From Octopus vulgaris (taxonomy: Eukaryota), in NCBI GenBank assembly GCA_951406725.2, contig OX597842.1, forward strand, positions 30,194,001 to 30,258,000: DNA of 64,000 nt. The letters are read 5' to 3'. A program made the position numbers and the translations under genes. Positions 54,001 through 64,000 of the stretch are shown one piece after another (the first letter of the stretch is position 1; each line of letters opens with the position of its first letter). The notes under the pieces are model-generated. The model worked only from the letters and a program-made list of their open reading frames with translations. It ran no database searches and had not been told where the DNA came from.

Positions 54001-56562
54001 CAATTTTTCAATTTTTCAATTTTTCGTTTAGTATTGTCTCCCGATTCATACAAACCCATTTGCTAGCTCACGATTAACAGAACCTCTTTACTCAGCTACG
54101 GTGTTATATTAGCTATCAATAATGATATTCCCTCTGATTTTTCTGATTTTCAAACCTATTTATCTAATGTTTATTTATCGACAATGCCGTCCCCAGTCAA
54201 ATTCCCTCACACCGCTTATTGTCACGTGTCCCTTGACCTCTCTCTCTAACTAACCCTATCTCTCTCTCGCTATGTTCCCCCTTCCCATAACCATCATCGC
54301 CACGGTCCTCTATGCCCACTCCCCAAAACCATCATCGCCATACATAAAAGAGCGATCGCATTTATCGTTAACCCCACTCGCTTCAAAATATCTAAAGAAT
54401 ACGCACAGATCATGAATGGCTAAAGTGAATCGTTCAACCTCGCTACGACTACCTTCTTTCTTGCACTTATCCTTACTCTTTCTCTATTCTTCAATTTCCA
54501 TCTCATTGTATTGTCCCTCATTCTTTCAGTATTCCCTCATTACCCTGTCTAGCTCAAACATTTTTTTTCGTTTAGACTTGTCTCCAGGTTCATAGCCACT
54601 CTGATTTTTCAATTTTTCGTTTAGTATTGTCTCCCGATTCATACAAACCCATTTGCTAGCTCACGATTAACAGAACCTCTTTACTCAGCTACGGTGTTAT
54701 ATTAGCTATCAATAATGATATTCCCTCTGATTTTTCTGATTTTCAAACCTATTTATCTAATGTTTATTTATCGACAATGCCGTCCCCAGTCAAATTCCCT
54801 CACACCGCTTATTGTCACGTGTCCCTTGACCTCTCTCTCTAACTAACCCTATCTCTCTCTCGCTATGTTCCCCCCTTCCCATAACCATCATCGCCATGGT
54901 CCTCTATGCCCACTCCCCAAAACCATCATCGCCATACATAAAAGAGCGATCGCATTTATCGTTAACCCCACTCGCTTCAAAATATCTAAAGAATACGCAC
55001 AGATCATGAATGGCTAAAGTGAATCGTTCAACCTCGCTACGACTACCTTCTTTCTTGCACTTATCCTTACTCTTTCTCTATTCTTCAATTTCCATCTCAT
55101 TGTATTGTCCCTCATTCTTTCAGTATTCCCTCATTACCCTGTCTAGCTCAAACATTTTTTTTTTTTTTTTTCGTTTAGACTTGTCTCCAGGTTCATAGCC
55201 ACTCTGATTTTTCAATTTTTCAATTTTTCAATTTTTCAATTTTTCAATTTTTCGTTTAGTATTGTCTCCCGATTCATACAAACCCATTTGCTAGCTCACG
55301 ATTAACAGAACCTCTTTACTCAGCTACGGTGTTATATTAGCTATCAATAATGATATTCCCTCTGATTTTTCTGATTTTCAAACCTATTTATCTAATGTTT
55401 ATTTATCGACAATGCCGTCCCCAGTCAAATTCCCTCACACCGCTTATTGTCACGTGTCCCTTGACCTCTCTCTCTAACTAACCCTATCTCTCTCTCGCTA
55501 TGTTCCCCCCTTCCCATAACCATCATCGCCATGGTCCTCTATGCCCACTCCCCAAAACCATCATCGCCATACATAAAAGAGCGATCGCATTTATCGTTAA
55601 CCCCACTCGCTTCAAAATATCTAAAGAATACGCACAGATCATGAATGGCTAAAGTGAATCGTTCAACCTCGCTACGACTACCTTCTTTCTTGCACTTATC
55701 CTTACTCTTTCTCTATTCTTCAATTTCCATCTCATTGTATTGTCCCTCATTCTTTCAGTATTCCCTCATTACCCTGTCTAGCTCAAACATTTTTTTTCGT
55801 TTAGACTTGTCTCCAGGTTCATAGCCACTCTGATTTTTCAATTTTTCGTTTAGTATTGTCTCCCGATTCATACAAACCCATTTGCTAGCTCACGATTAAC
55901 AGAACCTCTTTACTCAGCTACGGTGTTATATTAGCTATCAATAATGATATTCCCTCTGATTTTTCTGATTTTCAAACCTATTTATCTAATGTTTATTTAT
56001 CGACAATGCCGTCCCCAGTCAAATTCCCTCACACCGCTTATTGTCACGTGTCCCTTGACCTCTCTCTCTAACTAACCCTATCTCTCTCTCGCTATGTTCC
56101 CCCCTTCCCATAACCATCATCGCCATGGTCCTCTATGCCCACTCCCCAAAACCATCATCGCCATACATAAAAGAGCGATCGCATTTATCGTTAACCCCAC
56201 TCGCTTCAAAATATCTAAAGAATACGCACAGATCATGAATGGCTAAAGTGAATCGTTCAACCTCGCTACGACTACCTTCTTTCTTGCACTTATCCTTACT
56301 CTTTCTCTATTCTTCAATTTCCATCTCATTGTATTGTCCCTCATTCTTTCAGTATTCCCTCATTACCCTGTCTAGCTCAAACATTTTTTTTTTTTTTTTT
56401 TTCGTTTAGACTTGTCTCCAGGTTCATAGCCACTCTGATTTTTCAATTTTTCAATTTTTCAATTTTTCAATTTTTCAATTTTTCGTTTAGTATTGTCTCC
56501 CGATTCATACAAACCCATTTGCTAGCTCACGATTAACAGAACCTCTTTACTCAGCTACGGTG
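45014..56562. repeat. Tandem array of ~593-638-bp units (18 full + 1 partial)
   Basis: The unit start gttcccccttcccataacc was counted 19 times. Units differ almost only in poly-T length, (TTTTTCAA)n copy number and rare SNPs. Confidence 0.95.
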
Positions 56563-59500
56563 CACCCGCCCTCCCACCCCCACCACGCATGCCGGAAGTT
56601 CCTATTCTCTTCCATTCCGGGGTTGCTTCCCATGAAGACTGCAAATGCTCTCACCATCCCTACCCCTCCCTACCCCTAGTCTCGACCTATGTAAGGTAAT
56701 GTTCATACAGTGCAAAATATGAAAGGCTAGCGTTATGCAGGTTGTACTGAAGGCTACTTTACTACTTCATTTTTTGCACATGAATTCTGCCAAATGCGAG
56801 CTTTCTTTTCAGGTACACGAAGCTACTGTCCACCGTCCCAGGGTCTCTAGAGCCCATGCCTTCCACACCCTCAGGGTTGGCACCCTCAACGTTGGCACTC
56901 TGAAAGGTAGGTCTGGTGAGATAGTCGAGATGCTTGAACGGAGATGTGTGGATATATGTTGCATGCAAGAAATAAGGTGGAGAGGAGGATCAGCTAGGTT
57001 CCTCACAGGCAAGGAACGCAGGTACAAGATTTTCTGGGCAGGGAATACTGACGGGGTTGGTGGCGTGGGTATACTTATCGCTGAGAAATGGGTAGATAAA
57101 GTAATTGAGGTAATCAGAGTAAGTGACAGAATACTTAAGATTAGATTAGTGCTTCATCATAGTTTAGCAACCATTATATCAGCCTATGCTCCTCAGTCGG
57201 GGCTACCCGATGGACAGAAAGACCGATTCTATGACACTCTACTGCAGACTACCTCATTGACGAACGACAGAGACCTTATCTTTGTGGCTGGTGACTTCAA
57301 TGGTCACGTTGGACGACATGCTGGGGGCTTCCATGGCGTACATGGAGGCTACGGCTATGGCTCCCGCAACGAGGAGGGAACCAGGCTGCTGGAGTTCTGC
57401 GATGCAAATAATCTTATGATTTGCAACACTAACTTCAGGAAACCTACCAGCCACCTAGTCACTTACCAATCGGGCCAACATACCAGCCAAATTGACTACA
57501 TCCTTACAAGGCAAAGGGAGAGATGGCTGCTTATAAATGCCAAAACCTTCCCAGGTGAAGAATGTACCCCACAACATAGACTGGTAGTTAGTGACTTTAG
57601 GATCAGGACTAGGAGGACAACCAGAAGACGACAAATATGGAGAAGAAGGATCTGGAAGCTTAAAGATCCTGCAAATGGACAGAGATTTAGGGACATATTA
57701 CTTGAAGCCTCTGACGAAGTAGAAGGGGATAGAGCATCACAGGGGGTAGAAGACAGCTGGACGTTTCTAAGGGACAACCTGCTGAGAGCCACTGACCAGA
57801 TCTGTGGCTGGTGCAAAGTCCCCTCTCGACCTAGAATAACGTGGTGGTGGAACAATATTGTAGACAGGGCTATTAGAGAAAAGAGACAGGCTTGGAAGGT
57901 CTGGAAAAATGGGGGTAGCAGGGAATTGTATCAGACTGCCAAAAGAGAAGCTAGGAGACAGGTTTATTTAGCCAGAGGGGAAGCAGATAAGAAAAAATTT
58001 GCCAATGTTCTGCGCCGTGAGGACCAAAGACTGGAGGTGTTTCGTGTTGCAAGACAGTGTGTGAGAGAGAATCGTGATGTGGTAGGAGAGAAGTGTGTTC
58101 GCATGGAAGATGGTTCACTTGCGCTAAATGAGGATGCAAAGAGAGAGGTTTGGAGATGCCACTATGAAAGGTTGCTGAATGAAGAAAATGAATGGGATAA
58201 AGAGAGTCTGCCGAATGTTGACCCAACAGAGGGACCAGCTATCCGAGTTGATAGTTCTGTGGTAGCTAAGGCAATTAGAAGCATGAAGACAGGGAAAGCC
58301 CCAGGCCCATCAGGAATCACTGCAGAGATGCTCAAAATGTCTGGTAGTGTCGGCTATAGCCTAGTCACCCATATAGTTAATCAGGTGATACACAAAGGGG
58401 TCATACCCAATGACTGGTGTAGCAGTATAATAGTCAACTGCTACAAAGGTAAAGGTGATGCCCTAGATACAAATAACTACAGAGGTATCAAGCTGTTGGA
58501 CCAGGTGATGAAGGTTACGGAGAGGGTCATAGCCCAACTAATTAGAGAGAGAGTTAGTTTAGATGAGATGCAGTTTGGGTTTGTGCCAGGGAAAAGTACT
58601 ACTGATGCTATATTCCTGGTAAGGCAGCTGCAGGAGAAATACCTAGCCAAAGATAAGCCCCTGTACCTGGCTTTTGTTGACATGGAGAAAGCCTTCGACA
58701 GGGTCCCCCGATCCCTTATCTGGTGGGCAATGAGAAAACTAGGGATAGATGAATGGTTAGTGAGAGCTGTGCGGGCCATGTATAGGGACGCCGCTAGTAG
58801 GGTGAGGGTTGGAAATGAGTACAGTGAAGAATTCCGGGTAGAGGTAGGGGTCCACCAAGGCTCAGTACTCAGCCCCCTCCTATTTATCATAGTCCTCCAG
58901 GCAATAACGGAGGAATTCAAGACAGGATGCCCTTGGGAGCTCCTCTATGCTGATGACCTTGCTCTAATTGCTGAGTCGCTATCAGAACTGGAGGAGAAGT
59001 TTCAGGTGTGGAAACAAGGATTAGAATCGAAGGGCCTCAGAGTCAATCTAGCTAAAACCAAAGTCGTAATCAGTAGGAAGGTAGACAAATCACAAACACC
59101 TTCAGGTAGATGGCCCTGCTCGATCTGTAGAAAAGGTGTAGGTAGAAACTCTATAAGATGCACCAAGTGTAAGCTATGGACACATAAGAGATGCAGCAAT
59201 GTCAAAGGAAGGCTAACTAGGAAGATGGTTTTTGTATGTGGCAGATGCTCAGGAACAATAAACACTGAAAATGCTCTGAGACCAACTTCTGTCACTTTCC
59301 AGGGAGAAAAACTAGAAATAGTTGATAGTTTCCGTTACCTAGGTGACCAAGTCAGCAGCGGGGGCGGGTGTGCTGAAAGTGTAACTGCTAGAGTAAGAAT
59401 AGCTTGGGCAAAGTTCAGAGAGCTCTTACCTCTGCTGGTGACAAAAGGCCTCTCGCACAGAGTGAAAGGCAGACTGTATGATGCGTGTGTACGAACAGCC

Positions 59501-60478
59501 ATGCTACATGGCAGTGAAACATGGGCCGTGACTGCTGAGGATATGCGTAAGCTCGCTAGAAATGAAGCCAGTATGCTCCGATGGATGTGTAATGCCAGTA
59601 CTCACACTCGGCAGAGTGTAAGTACCTTGAGAGAAAAGCTGGACCTAAGAAGCATCAGTTGTGGTGTGCAAGAGAGACGTTTGCGCTGGTATGGTCATGT
59701 GGCGAGAATGGATGAAGATAGTTGTGTGAAAAAGTGCCACACCCTAGCGGTTGAGGGAACCTGTGGAAGAGGCAGACCCAGGAAAACCTGGGACGAGGTG
59801 GTGAAGCACGACCTTCAGGTCTCACCGAGGAAATGACTAGAGACCGAGACCTCTGGAAGTGTGCTGTGCGCGAGAAGACCCGGCAGGACAAGTGAGTCCA
59901 CAACCCGTGGCCTTCTACATGGGATGGAGCCAGCCTACGTATGCATACCTTCCCTTCTTGGGACACAAAACTCTACTTGTGAAGACGTGTTGAGGCAAGT
60001 GAGGATCAGAATGGAAATTGCGGATGTGCTACCAGTGCCGGTGGCATGTCGAAACTCTGCTTGTGAAGACCCATTGAGGCAAGTGAGGATCAGAATCGAA
60101 ATCGATCAATGGAAATTGCAGATGTGTTACCAGTGCCGGTGGCATGTAAGAGAACCTTCCGTTTCGCGACCGTTGCCAGCACCGCCCCGTTTCGTGTTCG
60201 TTGCCAGCCTCGCCTGGCCCTCGTGCCGGTGGCACATAAAAAACACCATCCGTTCGTGGCCGTTTGCCAGCTCTGGCTGGCACCAGTGCGGGTGGCACGT
60301 AAAAAGCACCCACTACACTCACGGAGTGGTTGGCGTTAGGAAGGGCATCCAGCCGTAGAAACACTGCCAGATTTGACTGGGCCTGATGAAGCCTTCTGGC
60401 TTCACAGACCCCAGCAGAACCGTCCAACCCATGCTAGCATGGAAAACGGACGCTAAATGATGATGATGATGATGATGA
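56563..60478 (+). mobile_element. RTE-clade LINE, near intact, (TGA)n tail
   Basis: Single long ORF, ~580-nt 3' UTR, ends gacgctaaa(tga)n. Related truncated tails at ~28860-28940, 32100-32240 (-) and 34639-34700. Confidence 0.92.
56735..59836 (+). CDS. LINE ORF: APE endonuclease + reverse transcriptase + PHD-type zinc finger
   Basis: APE motifs TLNV, MQE, GDFNGH, IDYIL; RT motifs KAPGPSG, NYRGIKLL, QFGF, FVDMEKAFD, GVHQGSVLSP, YADD, FRYLG; C4HC3 cluster at 59117-59248. Confidence 0.95.
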   Translation: MQVVLKATLLLHFLHMNSAKCELSFQVHEATVHRPRVSRAHAFHTLRVGTLNVGTLKGRSGEIVEMLERRCVDICCMQEIRWRGGSARFLTGKERRYKIFWAGNTDGVGGVGILIAEKWVDKVIEVIRVSDRILKIRLVLHHSLATIISAYAPQSGLPDGQKDRFYDTLLQTTSLTNDRDLIFVAGDFNGHVGRHAGGFHGVHGGYGYGSRNEEGTRLLEFCDANNLMICNTNFRKPTSHLVTYQSGQHTSQIDYILTRQRERWLLINAKTFPGEECTPQHRLVVSDFRIRTRRTTRRRQIWRRRIWKLKDPANGQRFRDILLEASDEVEGDRASQGVEDSWTFLRDNLLRATDQICGWCKVPSRPRITWWWNNIVDRAIREKRQAWKVWKNGGSRELYQTAKREARRQVYLARGEADKKKFANVLRREDQRLEVFRVARQCVRENRDVVGEKCVRMEDGSLALNEDAKREVWRCHYERLLNEENEWDKESLPNVDPTEGPAIRVDSSVVAKAIRSMKTGKAPGPSGITAEMLKMSGSVGYSLVTHIVNQVIHKGVIPNDWCSSIIVNCYKGKGDALDTNNYRGIKLLDQVMKVTERVIAQLIRERVSLDEMQFGFVPGKSTTDAIFLVRQLQEKYLAKDKPLYLAFVDMEKAFDRVPRSLIWWAMRKLGIDEWLVRAVRAMYRDAASRVRVGNEYSEEFRVEVGVHQGSVLSPLLFIIVLQAITEEFKTGCPWELLYADDLALIAESLSELEEKFQVWKQGLESKGLRVNLAKTKVVISRKVDKSQTPSGRWPCSICRKGVGRNSIRCTKCKLWTHKRCSNVKGRLTRKMVFVCGRCSGTINTENALRPTSVTFQGEKLEIVDSFRYLGDQVSSGGGCAESVTARVRIAWAKFRELLPLLVTKGLSHRVKGRLYDACVRTAMLHGSETWAVTAEDMRKLARNEASMLRWMCNASTHTRQSVSTLREKLDLRSISCGVQERRLRWYGHVARMDEDSCVKKCHTLAVEGTCGRGRPRKTWDEVVKHDLQVSPRK

Positions 60479-62869
60479 CACACACACATATATATAAGCG
60501 TGCACACACACAAGTATGTGTGTGTCTAATTATATATGTGTAAATATGTATTTGTGTTTATATGTGTGTGTGTGTGTGATATATATATACATGTATCCTC
60601 ATTCTATATGAATCAAGATTGGAGCCTGGTGCAGCCATCTGGTTCGCCAATCCTTAATCACATCGTCTATACTGATCTGTATGTATGTATAGGTTACATC
60701 TCCAATCTGGTATGCTCATTTTGTCCAGAATACCGAATTACTGGAAGCTGTCCACAGATGTACAACCACACAAATAGCCTCTCTCAATCACTTATTATTC
60801 CTTAAAAGTATTGCTTTTCCATGCATCAACACACAAAAGTTTTTATTTCTAGCAACTCACTTGATAGAATCCCACAAGATTATCCCTCATCTTTCAATAA
60901 CAACTTTGACCACTTCTGCAATTTAATATCTTTACCACTCTGAGACATGCTTATAAAGTAAAAAAAAACACCCATCCCAGTTTCCATGATATCAGAAACA
61001 ATATTTTTATGCTCAGAATTGTCAAGGCATGGAATAAACTATCTACATTGGTTGTTAGCTGTATCCTTCAAAAACACCACACTTTCTGTAATTCAGAAAC
61101 ACTACATCTGAGGTTCCTATGCAACCCTTTCCTTTTTGTGGTTCTTTTACTGCTCCCTTTTATGTCTTTATGAGTTTTATTCTGTGTTATACTATGACAT
61201 GCACTTTAGGCGACCATTGGTGTCTTTCTTGACATGATTTGTGCTTCCTGTCCTTTCATAGAAGTGGACAGAGCAATATCGAGGAAACCAGTACAAATAC
61301 CGTTTCATGGCAGATGGATGAGTCCTTCTTATGAAACATGAAATGTCTGTCTTTAGTTACAACCTCACTTTTGTCTGAGTGAAGGCCAAAAAAAATCAGT
61401 TGAGACAATCTTCCAGTTTATTACTGGTATCTGTGATATCAATTATGAATTGAAGAGAACACTGACAAGATTTCAAACTTGGTACCTTATAGGAGACACA
61501 CAGGTAAATAAGAGAAACCATCTACACTAACCAACAGCAGAGATTAGACCATAAGATGGTGTATAAAGTAATTGGACAGGTGAAGAGCTATAAAGGGTCA
61601 AAACCCTCGGAAATTATTGTGTAGATTCTAAATATGTCAGACAGGGTTTTAGTTTTATATTCCCTGGAAAAGCTCATGAAATTCTACACTGTGTTATCAC
61701 TGATGCCTGGCATAGTAGCACTTTCATTTAATGCTATAATGATGAAAGAGGTTTAAGAAATGGTGAGAGAAGAACAGGATGTTTGAAATGAAGCATGGAT
61801 CTTCAGATGTCATATGTCTGGCGAAACAGCAACATGAGATCTACTTGGAAAAGAATGAAAGCAAATCTACAAGAAAGGTGTAGAGCACAGGTAAATCAAG
61901 GTGAAAAAGGCTTAGAAAGACTGTTTAGTTCATGCATAAGCTCAAGGAAAAGATTGAAAATCCTTTTACGTTAATCACTGAATCTATTACAAAGTAATTA
62001 TTTGTGATTAGATATCTGCGACAACTTTGGAACGACACCAACCACAGCTAAATATGTGCAACTATGGAAAAGGAGGAGACAGAAATGAAAAGAAACAATG
62101 GAGAAAATAAGAAATATTCTGAAAGTAGGGATCAGAATTTTGAGCCTAAATGAGGCAGCAGCAGTGTCAGGGCTTACATTAGTTTGTAGCCATACAATAT
62201 GTAAGAAGGTGTGAGTGGTTCATACACAACTGTATTACACCTGTACAAAAAAACACTATTGACTTCACCTTGAGGAAAACACCTACCCTCACTAAACTGG
62301 CAGACATTCACCCACCATTGAAATACATGTATGATGGTCATCAAGAAAATAAAGGATGTTTTTTCTGCATTTCACCATTTGTCAGCTGTCTTCCCTCCCA
62401 AATTAAAAGCCACATTTTCTGGTCTCTTACCTAGAGTATCTCTATAGATTTTACAGAATCATTCCACCCACCACTCCCTAACCATGATGGTTCTATACCA
62501 GTGCTTCTTGAACTTTTCAATTATGGCCCTTTTTTATTTACTAAGAGTTTTTCAATGCCCCTTTTCTTGCTATGATTCAATATCTCTGATTTTAATGTTC
62601 TCACTGGTCAGATTAATTTACCTTTGGGTCCTAGTCTTGACATGGGTGACTACTTACCACAGCATCACCCCACAATAAGTGAACATTTGATGCATCACCA
62701 CTTCACTTTAGTTTCTGATCCAAACTCAACTACACATTGAGTTTTATATATTTGTACGACCATAGCCACCTTGGCTCCCTGGTCCTTATAAAATTTTCCA
62801 CAAACCCTACCCAAGGGTAGCACTACTCTCTTAGGGAAGCCCTGTTTTATAATTCTTGCTGATAGTGCC

Positions 62870-63285
62870 CTATCTGCTGACTACCAGCCAGTCATTCTAA
62901 CTTCCAATATTTCAATTATGAAGTAAAAAGTCATAAACAACCATCATCTTTGTCCCTTTGGGTATCTTTCTCTATTCAATGAGCCCCAGAACAGTTCCAT
63001 AAAGCCGGTTCAAGCAGGGGTCTGATTCCTATGTGACTCCCCAGTGTTTTGGTTATGTTTGACAACTTCTGCAAAAGAAATACTGTAGCCCTTGATGTCG
63101 GTAAAACCTTTAACTGTGTATGGCAAGAGAATTTCTTGACAAAGTCATCATTTATCTATTGGGTCCATCTGTCCCCCATCTCTTGGACTGAATATTTCCT
63201 GCCAGAATACTCCATTGCAGTGTGTCAGGATGGGTTTCTCTCTCACTCACATTCCATCAATTCTGGCATGCCTCATTGTCTGGTT
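62870..63285 (+). pseudogene. Highly decayed Jockey/CR1-type RT fragment
   Basis: VALDVGKTFNCVW...SWTEYFL...INSGMPH resembles LDxxKAFDxVW...W..SFL..GVPQG. Confidence 0.55.
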
Positions 63286-63449
63286 GAATATTTATAAAAA
63301 GTGACAATGATGAGGATTAGAGGAAAGAGGTAAAGAAAGAAATGAAATATTATGGACAAATATATCTGGTTATTTAGGAACATTTAATATTGTGTATAAA
63401 ATAATAAACAAACATTCAACATTGAAGAAGCAATATAAAGTAAACTTAC

Positions 63450-63533
63450 TTGATCAGGATTTTCTTTGATAAGTCGTTTCACATCTTCAAAGTCTCCATT
63501 CTGAATCTTGCTTATAATCTTATTTACATCCAT
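63450..63533 (-). CDS. ANK-RING gene first visible coding exon (MDVNKIISKIQNGDFEDVKRLIKENPDQ)
   Basis: Pyrimidine tract and aag acceptor 2 nt before the ATG; gtaagt donor. The phase-0 join to VNNRNSKG gives a typical N-cap ankyrin. Confidence 0.75.
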
Positions 63534-63607
63534 GTCTTTTGAATAAAAAGGAAAGTAAGATAGTTTTTAAAAACTTATAAAATGAGGTAAAGAGCAATTT
63601 AAAGAAG

Positions 63608-63800
63608 ACGGAACAGCTCATTTGTGAAATTAACATGCAAATGGCTGAGTACACCACAGACGCGTGTACCCCTAATGTAGTTCTCAGGGAGATTCAGCAT
63701 GACACAGAGTGTGACAAGGCTGACCCTTTGAAATACAGACACAACTCATTTTCGCTGAGTAGACTGGAGCAACGTGAAATAAAGGTTCTTGCTCAAGGAA
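63608..63800 (-). mobile_element. Partial SINE family B2
   Basis: Homologous to 4700-4897. Confidence 0.75.
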
Positions 63801-64000
63801 TCCTCCTACTCATTCCCCGCCCCCACCAACCCTCTGCGCATGAGTGGCTGGGGAAGCAAGCATATTAATGTGTTAATGCGTATCCGCAGGTTTGTATGTA
63901 ATTGGACGCATCTATCAATGGTGCTACCACAAACCCCAGTGGTGCTTGATTATTGCACCCAGAATCTCTTACTGGTCACCTGATATGTTATCTACTTACC

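Noticed and set aside
45158-55198. Repeated MAKVNRSTS... ORFs
   Set aside because: Their length and frame depend on poly-T length, and they show no domain similarity; treated as incidental.
44990-60500. Target-site duplication for the LINE + array block
   Set aside because: Both flanks are TA/CA microsatellite; the shared acatatatata is not distinctive enough to call.

Overview
AT-rich, microsatellite-dense eukaryotic DNA; the SINE/LINE complement resembles a coleoid cephalopod such as Octopus (inference only). Two convergent spliced genes can be rebuilt with GT-AG sites and consistent phases. (1) On +, the 3' three exons of a chondroitin sulfate synthase (CHSY1-like) gene, 164-8348. (2) On -, an ankyrin-repeat + C3HC4 RING (Mind bomb-like) E3 ligase, about 63533 down to 20239. 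The most unusual feature is in gene 2: an apparent 151-bp satellite (20590-21360 and 24360-24820) is a tandem array of complete intron+micro-exon cassettes. Each carries a frame-preserving phase 1-1 exon encoding ECxKCKEKVESV or VCPKxEEKAVQTVAESV, and the array was itself copied by a 3.5-kb segmental duplication. The 19-kb first intron holds a nearly intact RTE-clade LINE (APE-RT-PHD) fused at its 5' end to an 11.5-kb array of about 19 near-identical ~600-bp units. Also present: two well-formed minimal type I hammerhead ribozymes, Penelope-like palindromes, several SINE families, an intron-containing Tc1 relic, CR1 and R4-like tails, a Helitron, MITEs and a 100-N gap. All calls come from manual reading; no searches were run.
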